From the NCBI GenBank assembly GCA_964444685.1, contig CAYUIG010000021.1, positions 98 to 64,097 of the forward strand: 64,000 nt of DNA, in the 5' to 3' direction. This document shows, one piece after another, positions 20,027-28,488 of this stretch. The position numbers were made by a program, and so were the translations under genes. The notes under the pieces were generated by a model. That model ran no database searches. It worked only from the letters and a program-made list of their open reading frames with translations, and was not told the origin of the DNA. The stretch comes from an uncultured Gemmatimonadaceae bacterium. Lineage in GTDB: Bacteria > Gemmatimonadota > Gemmatimonadetes > Longimicrobiales > RSA9. The stretch's first letter is position 1. Each line of letters begins with the position of its first letter.

Positions 20027-20332
20027 CGGTACCGTGTTCCGGTCCAATTCCTCTCCGGGCAAGCGCTGGCGCGCTTCCTGCCTGTCAGGCTGCAAGCGGG
20101 GGGCCACCTGAGGTGGCCTCGCGTGGTACCGGCAAGGGGCGTCATGCGTTCCGCGGACCCTTGCGCCGGAAGCCCATACTCCCGAGACTGTGAGAACGGA
20201 CAGCCGAATGCCTTCAGGCCGCGACGCGCCACCCGACCCTCGTGGGGATGGATGCGTCGCGTTTTGCTTGCATCGGCGCGCCGCGTCCCCCGGTCCGGCA
20301 CGAGCAACCTTTCAGCCGTCGAGGAGCAACGC

Positions 20333-20923
20333 ATGTCCGAACCGCTGCGCGTCCTGATCGCCGATGACGAGGCGCTCCACAATCTGGCGCTGACCAGCCA
20401 GCTCGAGACGCTCGGACATCAGGTGGTGGCCACCGCGAGCAACGGCCGCGAAGCCGTCGAGCTCGCCCGCACCGCCAAGCCCGACCTCGCCTTCCTCGAC
20501 ATCCGCATGCCTTCGATGTCGGGGCCCGAGGCCGCCCAGGAGATCGCCAACGAACGGCCGATCCCCATGATCATCCTCTCCGCCTACAGTGACGGCCGCA
20601 CCGTCGAAGATGCGGTGCGTGCGCCGATCTTCCACTATCTCGTGAAGCCCGTCGACCCCGATGACCTCGCGCCCGCCATTGCCGTGACGCGCGCCCGCTT
20701 CGAGGAGTGGATGGACGCGCGCCGCCAGCGCGACATGCTCGAGCTCAAGCTCGAGGAGCGGAAGATCATCGAGCGCGCCAAGGGCCTGCTCATGGAGATG
20801 CGCGGACTCTCCGAGCGTGATGCGTACCGCTTCCTCCAGAAGACGAGCCAGGACAAGAACACGGCCATGGTCGACCTGGCCCGCAAGATCCTTCTCGCCG
20901 CGCCGCTCCTCCAGAAGGAGTAG
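20333..20923 (+). CDS. Response regulator with ANTAR RNA-binding output (PdtaR/AmiR-like)
   Basis: 196 aa. The REC domain shows LIADDE, FLDIRMP and LVKP. The ANTAR helix bundle is IIERAKGLLMEMRGLSERDAYRFLQKTSQDKNTAMVDLARKIL. Confidence 0.9.
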   Translation: MSEPLRVLIADDEALHNLALTSQLETLGHQVVATASNGREAVELARTAKPDLAFLDIRMPSMSGPEAAQEIANERPIPMIILSAYSDGRTVEDAVRAPIFHYLVKPVDPDDLAPAIAVTRARFEEWMDARRQRDMLELKLEERKIIERAKGLLMEMRGLSERDAYRFLQKTSQDKNTAMVDLARKILLAAPLLQKE

Positions 20924-22060
20924 ATGACGCGTCCCATGACCACCGCGACGGAGCCGATGCAATCGGAGCGCGAAACCCCCTCGCGTCCTCCGCCCACACG
21001 TGCGCCCGCGACCATCCTCGTCGTCGACGATGAACCCCTCGCCCGGCAGATGTTCACCGATCTGCTCGAGGCCCAGGGCTTCCGCGTCGTTCCGGTCGCG
21101 CGCGGGGAGGAGGCGTTTCGGTTCCTGGGCGAGGTCGACCTCGTGCTGCTCGATGCAATGCTGCCCGGTCGTGATGGCTGGTCGATCTGCCGCGAGATCA
21201 AGGAGCAGCACGACCCGCTGCTGCCCGTGATCATGGTGACCGCCCGCACTGCGCCCGACGACGTCGTGCGCACCTTCGCCGCGGGCGCCGACGACTACGT
21301 GGCCAAGCCGTTCCACGTGGCCGAACTGACCGCGCGCATCGAGTCCCGTCTGCGCGTGCATCGCGCCGAGCTGGCGATCAAGCGCGCGAACCAGCAGCTG
21401 CGCGAGCTCGCGGACCAGAACTACGAGCTGTACGAGCGCGCACGGCGCGACGCGGAGGAGCGCGCGCTGCTGCTGCGCGAGCTGGACCACCGCGTGCGCA
21501 ACAACCTGTCCGTGATCATGGGGCTCGTCGGGATGGAGCGGAACCGCCGGCCGACCCGCCCGCCTGCCGAAGCTTTGACCAGCCTCGAACATCGGCTCCG
21601 TTCGTTTCTGCTCGTGCACGATGCGCTGCGTCGCGCGAACTACCACGGCGTGCACGTGCACGAGATCTCCGAGCGCCTCGCACAGAGACTGCGCAATGCC
21701 TGGGACCTCGACGGACACCTGAAGGTCGTCATCGAGGGCGACTCGCCGGTGCTGAACGAGAAGCAGGCCTTCGCCATCGCGCTGGTCCTCAACGAGCTGC
21801 TCACCAACGCGTTCCGGCACGCGTTCCCGAACGGGCGGAAGGGCACGATCTGGATCGGCTTCACCGAGAGCGACGGCATGGTGAAGCTCCGCGTCGCCGA
21901 TGATGGACTCGGCAGCACCGCCGAGCCGAAGCCCGACGTCGTGGGCAGCGGCCGCTCCATCGTCGACGCACTCGTTCGGAACGAGCTCGGCGGGCGCGTC
22001 GAGTACCACAGCTCCGCTCGCGGCACCGAGGTCAACGTCATCTTCCCGGTCGCTTCCTGA
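20924..22060 (+). CDS. Hybrid REC-HisKA_2-HATPase sensor histidine kinase
   Basis: Starts 0 nt after the ANTAR gene's stop. REC shows VVDDEP, LLDAMLPG and YVAKP. A coiled-coil linker leads to the H-box LDHRVRNNL, N-box LNELLTNAFRHAF, G1 DDGLG and G2 GSGRS. Confidence 0.85.
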   Translation: MTRPMTTATEPMQSERETPSRPPPTRAPATILVVDDEPLARQMFTDLLEAQGFRVVPVARGEEAFRFLGEVDLVLLDAMLPGRDGWSICREIKEQHDPLLPVIMVTARTAPDDVVRTFAAGADDYVAKPFHVAELTARIESRLRVHRAELAIKRANQQLRELADQNYELYERARRDAEERALLLRELDHRVRNNLSVIMGLVGMERNRRPTRPPAEALTSLEHRLRSFLLVHDALRRANYHGVHVHEISERLAQRLRNAWDLDGHLKVVIEGDSPVLNEKQAFAIALVLNELLTNAFRHAFPNGRKGTIWIGFTESDGMVKLRVADDGLGSTAEPKPDVVGSGRSIVDALVRNELGGRVEYHSSARGTEVNVIFPVAS

Positions 22061-22385
22061 GACGCCGCTCGCGCTTGCCGCGCGCGACTTCCGTGGCCAG
22101 TGCGTCCAGCTTCGGCTCCCAGAACGAGCGGAATCGCTCGATCCATTCGTCGGCTTCCTTCAGTGCGCTCGCATCCACCGCGTATATGCGACGCGTCCCT
22201 TCCGCCCGCACGCGCGCGAATCCATTCTCGCGCAGCACGCGCAGGTGCTGCGACACCGCGGCGTGCGTGATGCCGAACTCGTCCTCGATGATCTCGGCGA
22301 TCTGGCCTGCTCTCTGCTCGCCGTTGGCTAGCAGCTCCAGGATCCTGCGTCGGACCGGGTCGCCCAGGATGTCGAGCGCGTGCAA
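22038..22385 (-). CDS. ArsR/SmtB-family transcriptional regulator
   Basis: 115 aa with a wHTH (RRRILELL...AGQIAEII...AVSQHLRVLRENG). The TTG start lies directly after the stop of the upstream SRPBCC gene. Confidence 0.8.
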   Translation of the reverse strand: MHALDILGDPVRRRILELLANGEQRAGQIAEIIEDEFGITHAAVSQHLRVLRENGFARVRAEGTRRIYAVDASALKEADEWIERFRSFWEPKLDALATEVARGKRERRLRKRPGR

Positions 22386-23021
22386 TCAGGCACCTTCCGG
22401 TTGGCCGGTGTAGAACGCCGTCGTCTTCGCCGCACGCCTGCGCGCAACGTCCGCGTCCTCACCCGCGGCGATCGCCGCATCGGCCCAGCCCTCGCTCGCG
22501 CCGATCGTGTAGCTGCGTCCCTCCGGCGATGACAGGAACGTCATCTCGTCGATCCGCTCACGCTCCGGATGCTCGAGGTGTAGCGCCAGCCCGAGCACGC
22601 CGAGGTCCCAGCCCGTTCCCACCGCGCCCGGGCCGAACGTGTCCCAGTGCTCGTCCTCGCGCGCGATGTGGATCAGCGTTAGCCGGCTGCGGCTTCCCTC
22701 GGGTGCGATGCGCACTTCCACCCAGCTAACGCCGCCCCCGAACTCCCACGTCAGCGACAGGAACTCCGGCGGATCACACTCCCGGATCGTCCCCTCCGCA
22801 TTCCCCTGAATCGCGTACCGCCCGCCGAGGCGGAGGTCACCCGTCACCTTGCTGAACCACCGCTCCAGGCGCGCCGGCTGCGTTACCGCTTCCCAGAGGT
22901 CTTCCGCCGTGGTATCGAACGACCGCGACAGCTCAACTCCGCGCGCCGGCGCGCCCTCGTACTCGAGGTCCCGTACAGCGCGCGTGACCGCTCCCATGTG
23001 CCTGGCTACGTCGAAAAGCAT
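22386..23021 (-). CDS. SRPBCC/AHSA1-domain protein
   Basis: 211 aa with an ATG start. It shows the Aha1/START-like pattern (DLWEAVTQPARLERWF...GGRY...) that is typically paired with ArsR regulators. Confidence 0.8.
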   Translation of the reverse strand: MLFDVARHMGAVTRAVRDLEYEGAPARGVELSRSFDTTAEDLWEAVTQPARLERWFSKVTGDLRLGGRYAIQGNAEGTIRECDPPEFLSLTWEFGGGVSWVEVRIAPEGSRSRLTLIHIAREDEHWDTFGPGAVGTGWDLGVLGLALHLEHPERERIDEMTFLSSPEGRSYTIGASEGWADAAIAAGEDADVARRRAAKTTAFYTGQPEGA

Positions 23022-23025
23022 CGGC

Positions 23026-23058
23026 CTCTCCTTAAGTGGTGGCTTTATTAAGGAAGAG
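23026..23058 (-). promoter_or_regulatory. Candidate SD-sequestering hairpin in the 5' leader of the SRPBCC/ArsR operon
   Basis: Bases 23026-23035 (CTCTCCTTAA) pair with 23048-23058 (TTAAGGAAGAG), giving 10 bp with one bulge and a 12-nt loop. On the mRNA strand one arm is the AAGGAGAG Shine-Dalgarno, ending 4 nt before the ATG. Confidence 0.35.
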
Positions 23059-23099
23059 ATTAATTACGGGTGCGGGCGGTGTCAAGAACGAGTCGGGAG

Positions 23100-23128
23100 T
23101 CGGAAGTCGGGAGACTGGTTCGCTCGGT
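23100..23128. repeat. Heptamer microsatellite (GAGTCGG-like), 4 copies; left arm of the 23.1-24.4 kb element
   Basis: Direct reading gives GAGTCGG GAGTCGG AAGTCGG GAGACTGG. It is inverted relative to the (CGACTCC)n array at 24274-24388. Confidence 0.8.
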
Positions 23129-23299
23129 GAGGCGGCGTGCGAACGGGATTTACTGCGGGGCGGATTTCCGCGGTATCGCCTGGCGCGTAGCGGATCACCC
23201 GTCTTCCTGCGGGAGGAACGTCGCGGATTCGTGGGGGCGGCGCCGCCGATCGATCGGGTCTACGCCGGGGTGGGTCGACGGGCCCCTGCCACCCCCCGA

Positions 23300-24258
23300 A
23301 CGCCGCAAACTCGTCAACGATAGCCGTTCGAATCGACCGTTTTGACGGCTTTGCGGCGCTATGCGCCGTGATCTGTTCAAGCGCCGGTTTTGCGGCTCAC
23401 GCGTTGACGAGTTTGCGGCGGCGTCGCCTGGTTCCCCCGCCTGAAACGCCGCAAGGATGCCCTGCTCGCCCGCACCGGTCCGAATGATCTTTACCTGGGT
23501 CAAGCGCCGGTGTTCGAATCGGCCGTTCGACGCGTTTGCGGCGGCATTCGCCGTCAACGCGTCAATCGTCCCTCCTGATTATCCGCCGTTGACGAGTTTG
23601 CGGCGAGGGCGCCTGGGGTCCGCGTAGGACGCCGCAAACGTGTCAACCGCAGCTGCACTAATCGGCCGATCGACGCGTTTGCGGCGCCATTCGCCGTCAA
23701 CGCGTCAGTCGACCCTCCTGAGAATCCGCCGTTGACGCGTTTGCGGCGGATTCGATCGGGGTCCGCGTAGGACGCCGCAAACGTGTCAACCGCAGCGGTT
23801 CGAATCGGCCGTTCGACGCGTTTGCGGCGCCATTCGCCGTCAACGCGTCAATCGCCCCTCTCGAGAATCCGCCGTTGACGCGTTTGCGGCGGAGTCGCCT
23901 GGCCTCGGCATGGCGGCGATTTGCGCGAAGGTGGACGAGTTCGCCGCAAGCGTGTCACCCGCAGCGGCTCGAATCGACCGTTTGACGATTTTGCGGCGCC
24001 ATTCGCCGTCAACGCGTCAATCGCCCCTCTCGAGAATCCGCCGTTGACGCGTTTGCGGCGGAGTCGCCTGGCCTCGGCATGGCGGCGATTTGCGCGAAGG
24101 TGGACGAGTTCGCCGCAAGCGTGTCACCCGCAGCGGCTCGAATCGACCGTTTGACGATTTTGCGGCGCCATTCGCCGACGACGCGTCAATCGCCTCTCTC
24201 GAGAATCAGCGGTTGACGAGTTTGCGGCGGATCCGCCTGGGTCCGTGCAGGAGCGCCC
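23300..24258. repeat. Non-coding tandem array of about 6-7 units of 142-169 bp, each with four alternating-orientation copies of a 19-nt motif (GTTGACGCGTTTGCGGCG)
   Basis: Unit boundaries read at 23567, 23709, 23851, 24020 and 24189, with degenerate units from about 23300. Units 23851-24019 and 24020-24188 differ at only 2 of 169 positions. The tracked ORFs through the array are frame-repeated Arg-rich artefacts. Confidence 0.9.
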
Positions 24259-24273
24259 AGAGGCGACGGAAAC

Positions 24274-24388
24274 CACTCCAGACTCCCGACTCCCGACTCC
24301 CGACTCCCGACTCCCGACTCCCGACTCTCGACTCCCGACTCCCGACTCTCGGCTACCGACGCCCGGCTACCGACCCGACTCCCGACTC
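24274..24388. repeat. Heptamer microsatellite (CGACTCC)n, about 15 copies; right arm, abutting and overlapping the glnA stop codon
   Basis: Direct reading shows CCGACTC repeated from 24283 to 24388, with a few variants (CTCGACT, CGGCTAC). The last unit contains the TGA stop of glnA at 24387-24389 on the minus strand. Confidence 0.9.
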
Positions 24389-25796
24389 AGTACGCGCCCA
24401 GATACTGCTCGATCTCCCAGGCGTGGACCTGGGCGGTGTACTCGGCCCACTCCTGCTCCTTGGCGGCGATGAACTGCTGGAATACGTGTTCGCCGAGGGT
24501 GTCTTTCACGAGCGGGTCGCGGCGGGCGAGGATGATGGCTTCGCCGAGGTCGCGGGGAAGTTCCTGGATGCGGTACTTCCGGCGGTCGCGGACGGAGAGG
24601 TCGAATATGTTCTTGTCGATGGGCTCGGGCGGCTTGAGCTTGCGGCGCACGCCGTCCAGACCCGCCGCCAGCTGTACAGCGAGAGCAAGGTAGGGATTGG
24701 CCGAAGGATCGGGCATGCGGAGCTCGAGCCGCGTGCCGCGTGCGCGCCGTGCGGGCACGCGAACCATCGGCGAGCGGTTGCGGTGCGACCATGCGACGTG
24801 CACGGGCGCTTCGTAGCCCGCAACGAGTCGCTTGTAGCTGTTGACGAGAGGATTGGTGACGGCGCAGAAGGCGCGCGCGTGCTTCAGCAGTCCGGCCACG
24901 TACCAGCGCATCACATCGGAGATGCCGTCTTCCGAATCCGGATCGTGGAACGCGTTCTCTCCGTCGCGGAAGAGTGACTGGTGTGTGTGCATGCCCGAGC
25001 CGTTCTGGCCGTAGATGGGCTTGGGCATGAAGGTGGCGTGCAGCCCGTGCTGCACGGCGACATTGCGCACGACGAACTTGAACGTCGCGAGGTCGTCGGC
25101 GGTGGTGAGTGCGTCGGCGTAGCGGAAGTCCACCTCGTGCTGGCCGGGCGAAACCTCGTGGTGCGCGGCCTCGACCTCGAACCCCATCATCTCGAGCGCG
25201 TTCACGATGTCGCGCCGCGCCACCTCGCCCAGATCCACGGGCATCAGGTCGAAGTAGCCGGCGGTGTCGTGCGTGTTGCGCGTAGGGCTGCCGTCCTCCG
25301 CGCGGTGGAAGAGGAAGAACTCGGCTTCCACGCCCGCCACCATCTCGTAACCGAGCTTCGCCGCCGCCGCGATCTGGCGCCGGAGTACCCAGCGCGGGTC
25401 GCCCTCGAAGGGACGGCCGTCCGCGGTGTGGACGTCGCAAATCAGACGTGCGACCTGGTTGTCCGGATCCTCCCAGGGAAAGACCGCGTACGTGGACAGG
25501 TCGGGGCGGAGCACCATGTCCGACTCCTCGATGCGCACGAAGCCCTCGATCGAGGAGCCGTCGAAGGAGATGTCGCCGTCGAGGGCCTTCTCGAACTGGC
25601 TCTGCGGCACCTCGACGTTCTTGACCAGCCCGGTGATGTCCATGAACTGGAGGCGGAGGAAGCGGACATTCTGGTCCTTCATCAGCTTCAGCAGGTCGGC
25701 CTTCTCAGCCCCGCGCGTGCGCGGGCCCCCGCGGCCCGGCTTGACCTTGTGCTCGGGGACCAGGGGCCGGGGCCCGCCCGTTCGCTCCTTCGGCAT
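24387..25796 (-). CDS. glnA: Glutamine synthetase type I
   Basis: 469 aa from the ATG at 25796; ATG 25811 is also possible. Motifs: FDGSSIEGF, EVSPGQHEV, GSGMHTHQS, NSYKRLV. Confidence 0.9.
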   Translation of the reverse strand: MPKERTGGPRPLVPEHKVKPGRGGPRTRGAEKADLLKLMKDQNVRFLRLQFMDITGLVKNVEVPQSQFEKALDGDISFDGSSIEGFVRIEESDMVLRPDLSTYAVFPWEDPDNQVARLICDVHTADGRPFEGDPRWVLRRQIAAAAKLGYEMVAGVEAEFFLFHRAEDGSPTRNTHDTAGYFDLMPVDLGEVARRDIVNALEMMGFEVEAAHHEVSPGQHEVDFRYADALTTADDLATFKFVVRNVAVQHGLHATFMPKPIYGQNGSGMHTHQSLFRDGENAFHDPDSEDGISDVMRWYVAGLLKHARAFCAVTNPLVNSYKRLVAGYEAPVHVAWSHRNRSPMVRVPARRARGTRLELRMPDPSANPYLALAVQLAAGLDGVRRKLKPPEPIDKNIFDLSVRDRRKYRIQELPRDLGEAIILARRDPLVKDTLGEHVFQQFIAAKEQEWAEYTAQVHAWEIEQYLGAY

Positions 25797-26127
25797 CTCG
25801 CGACTCCTCATGAACTTGCGCCTCGTGACCCCGGCCCGGTGAACGGGGCAGGGGGCCTCAGGATGGCGTCCGGAATGCCGCGTTGTCAAGCCAAATGGTG
25901 CAGAAACGCCACATTCACCGTGACGCCTTGCATGGAATCCGGGGCTACCGTGCAGGCTGTCACGCCAGAAGTGGCCGAACGTCCATGGCTGGGGGTACGC
26001 TCCTGTTGCGGGCGGCACGGGGCTCGCATAACTTCCTCGGCGACGGCGCGCCCGGCGGGAGCGGGCGGCCGGGCCGGCGCACGGAGCGGCGGCCGGAACG
26101 GGATCCCCACCCAGATCGAGGTGCTTC

Positions 26128-28314
26128 ATGCGGGGCGTGGCAGCGCGGTTCGACACACTGGCGGCGGTGCGGGGGTGGAACGCGAACGGGACGCTCGGGA
26201 AGCGTCCCGTGGGGATGGACATCGAGCGGATCTTCGGCGAGAGCACGTTCGGACTCGCGGAGATGAAGGCGCGGCTGCCCCAGCCGATCTACGACGCGAT
26301 CGTGCGGACGATGCAGGAAGGCACAGCGCTCGAGCCGGGTGTGGCGGATGTGGTGGCGAAGGCGATGAAGGAGTGGGCGGTCGAGCACGGCGCGACGCAC
26401 TACACGCACTGGTTCCAGCCGTTGACGGGTCTGACGGCGGAGAAGCACGACTCGTTCATCACACCGAACCGGGGCGGCGGTGCGGTTGCGGAGTTCAGCG
26501 GGAAGGAACTCGTGCAGGGCGAGCCGGATGCGTCGTCGTTCCCGTCGGGCGGATTGCGCGCGACGTTCGAGGCGCGCGGCTACACTGCGTGGGATCCGAC
26601 GTCGCCAGCGTTCCTGATGGAGGGACCGTCGGGCTGCTACCTGGCGATTCCGACGGCGTTCACGTCGTGGACGGGTGAAGCGCTGGACCAGAAGATCCCG
26701 CTGCTGCGTTCGATGGATGCGCTGGACCGTCAGGCGCGGCGTGCGCTGGCGCTGCTGGGCGGAAAGGCGGAGCGCGTATCGGCGACGCTCGGGCCGGAGC
26801 AGGAGTACTTCCTGATCGATCAGGAGTTCTACTACCGGCGTCCGGATCTGGTGACGACGGGTCGCACGCTGTTCGGGGCGAAGCCGCCGCGCGGACAGGA
26901 GCTGGAGGATCACTACTTCGGCGCGATCGAGGAGCGCGTGCTCGCGTGTATGATGGAAGTGGAGCGCGAGCTGTACCGACTGGGCGTGCCGGTGAAGACG
27001 CGGCACAACGAGGTGGCGCCGGGTCAGTTCGAGATGGCGCCGATCTACGAGAACGCGAACATCGCGGCGGACCATCAGCAGCTCATGATGCTGATGCTGC
27101 GGCGCGTGGCGCGGAAGTACGGTCTGGTGGCGCTGCTCCACGAGAAGCCATTCGCGGGCGTGAACGGCAGCGGCAAGCACGTGAACTGGTCGCTTGGGAC
27201 GGACACGCACAATCTGCTGGAGCCGGGGCAGGACCCGCACGACAACATGGTGTTCCTGTTCTTCTGCACGGCGGTGCTGCGTGCGGTGGAGCGTCACCAG
27301 GACCTGCTGCGCGCGGCGATCGCGTACGCGGGCAACGACCATCGTCTCGGCGCGAACGAAGCGCCGCCCGCGATCATCTCGGTGTTCCTGGGCGATCAGC
27401 TCTCGGACGTCTTCGAGCAGATCGAGAATGCCGGCAGCGCGACGTCGAGCCGGAAGGGAGGACTGCTCGGTCTGGGCACGGCCATCCTGCCGGAGCTGCC
27501 GAGCCACGCGGGTGACCGCAACCGCACGTCGCCGTTCGCGTTCACGGGGAACAAGTTCGAGTTCCGTGCGGTGGGCGCGTCGCAGTCGATCTCGTTCCCG
27601 GCGACGGTGCTGAACACGATCATGGCGGAGTCGCTGGACGAGCTGTGCAGCGCGCTCGAGTCGGAGCGGTCGAACGGCACGGACCTGAACGATGCGCTGC
27701 GGCAGCTGATTGCGGGCGAGGTGCCGAAGTTCAAGCGCATCATCTTCAACGGCGACGGTTACAGCGAGGCGTGGCACAAGGAGGCAGAAGCGCGCGGCCT
27801 GCTCAACCTGCCCAACTCGCTGGACGCGATCGTGCGGCTCACGTCGGAGAAGAACGAGCACCTGTTCGCGAAGTACGGCGTGCTGAGCCCGCGCGAGCTG
27901 GAGTCGCGGCAGGAGATCGCGTTCGATCAGTACTTCAAGACGATCAACATCGAAGGCGAGATGATGGCGGATCTCGCACGCACGATGATCCTGCCGTCCG
28001 CGATCCGCTACCTGAACGATCTGCTCGGGACGGAGGAGCGTGCGCGCGCTGTCGGTGTTTCCGGTACGGGCGTGCGCACCACGATCGATGAGGTCAGCGG
28101 ACTCGTCGATGAGCTGACGGTGGCGATCGCCGGGCTGGTGAAGCAGAACGCCGAACTCGGCGGCGATACCGTCGAGTCGAAGGCGTTCCACATGCGCGAC
28201 CACATCCTTCCCGCGATGGCGGCGGTGCGGTCCGTGGCCGACCGTCTGGAAAAGCTGGTACCGGACGACTACTGGCCGTTCCCGACGTACCGGGAGATGC
28301 TGTTCATCAAGTAG
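26128..28314 (+). CDS. glnN: Glutamine synthetase type III
   Basis: 728 aa, the typical GSIII length. Motifs: [38 protein letters not shown]. Confidence 0.9.
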   Translation: MRGVAARFDTLAAVRGWNANGTLGKRPVGMDIERIFGESTFGLAEMKARLPQPIYDAIVRTMQEGTALEPGVADVVAKAMKEWAVEHGATHYTHWFQPLTGLTAEKHDSFITPNRGGGAVAEFSGKELVQGEPDASSFPSGGLRATFEARGYTAWDPTSPAFLMEGPSGCYLAIPTAFTSWTGEALDQKIPLLRSMDALDRQARRALALLGGKAERVSATLGPEQEYFLIDQEFYYRRPDLVTTGRTLFGAKPPRGQELEDHYFGAIEERVLACMMEVERELYRLGVPVKTRHNEVAPGQFEMAPIYENANIAADHQQLMMLMLRRVARKYGLVALLHEKPFAGVNGSGKHVNWSLGTDTHNLLEPGQDPHDNMVFLFFCTAVLRAVERHQDLLRAAIAYAGNDHRLGANEAPPAIISVFLGDQLSDVFEQIENAGSATSSRKGGLLGLGTAILPELPSHAGDRNRTSPFAFTGNKFEFRAVGASQSISFPATVLNTIMAESLDELCSALESERSNGTDLNDALRQLIAGEVPKFKRIIFNGDGYSEAWHKEAEARGLLNLPNSLDAIVRLTSEKNEHLFAKYGVLSPRELESRQEIAFDQYFKTINIEGEMMADLARTMILPSAIRYLNDLLGTEERARAVGVSGTGVRTTIDEVSGLVDELTVAIAGLVKQNAELGGDTVESKAFHMRDHILPAMAAVRSVADRLEKLVPDDYWPFPTYREMLFIK

Positions 28315-28450
28315 GGTCTGGAGTCTGGAGTCTGGGAACTGGGGTCTGGTTTACTGCGCGGTCGGCGGCGTGCGTCGCGTCGTGATTCGAGTGTTCGAGC
28401 GACGCGTTGAATTCGCGCTGCGCTGCCGTAAGCCAGACTCCAGACTCCAG
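28314..28450. repeat. Hairpin element with heptamer-repeat arms (GGAGTCT / AGACTCC)
   Basis: Left arm 28314-28349 reads GGGTCTGGAGTCTGGAGTCTGGGAACTGGGGTCTGG. Right arm 28433-28450 reads CCAGACTCCAGACTCCAG. The core is about 83 nt. The element starts within the glnN stop codon. Confidence 0.85.
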
Positions 28451-28455
28451 TATCC

Positions 28456-28482
28456 AAAAAAAAAGCCCGCCAACCGGCGGGC
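28456..28482 (-). terminator. Intrinsic terminator downstream of the Fur-family gene
   Basis: A 7-bp GC stem (GCCCGCC / GGCGGGC) with a 4-nt loop lies at 28465-28482. On the minus strand it is followed by a U9 tract (A9 at 28456-28464). It sits 7 nt after the gene's stop. Confidence 0.75.
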
Positions 28483-28488
28483 TCTTTC

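Noticed and set aside
23300-24258. Possible CRISPR array, given the regularly recurring GTTGACGCGTTTGCGGCG-like repeats
   Set aside because: The sequences between the repeats are themselves repeated from unit to unit, so there are no unique spacers. The motif occurs in both orientations within each unit, the spacing is irregular (about 40-105 nt), and no cas genes are nearby. It is a tandem array of a composite unit, not a CRISPR.
23921-24977. Tracked ORFs 23921-24154 and 24090-24977, which both begin MREGGRVRRKRVTRSGSNRPFDDFAAPFA
   Set aside because: The identical N-termini simply reflect the 169-bp DNA duplication. The sequences are Arg-rich with no coding-like composition. The second ORF runs antisense into glnA.
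25880-25915. Sigma-54 promoter for glnA in the glnA-glnN spacer (TGGCGTTTCTGCA on the minus strand)
   Set aside because: The GG-to-GC spacing is 9 nt rather than the canonical 12 nt, so it does not fit the -24/-12 geometry.
25960-28203. A 747-aa ORF on the minus strand opposite glnN. Similar long shadow ORFs occur at 9728-11992(-), 3940-6297(+), 57709-59604(-), 51711-54518(+), 36215-37909(-), 39187-41250(-), 32376-34298(-) and 20312-22009(-)
   Set aside because: All are antisense to genes with unmistakable conserved motifs. Their translations are dominated by Arg/Ala/His/Gln runs, as expected for stop-poor frames in roughly 70 percent GC DNA, and none shows a recognisable motif.
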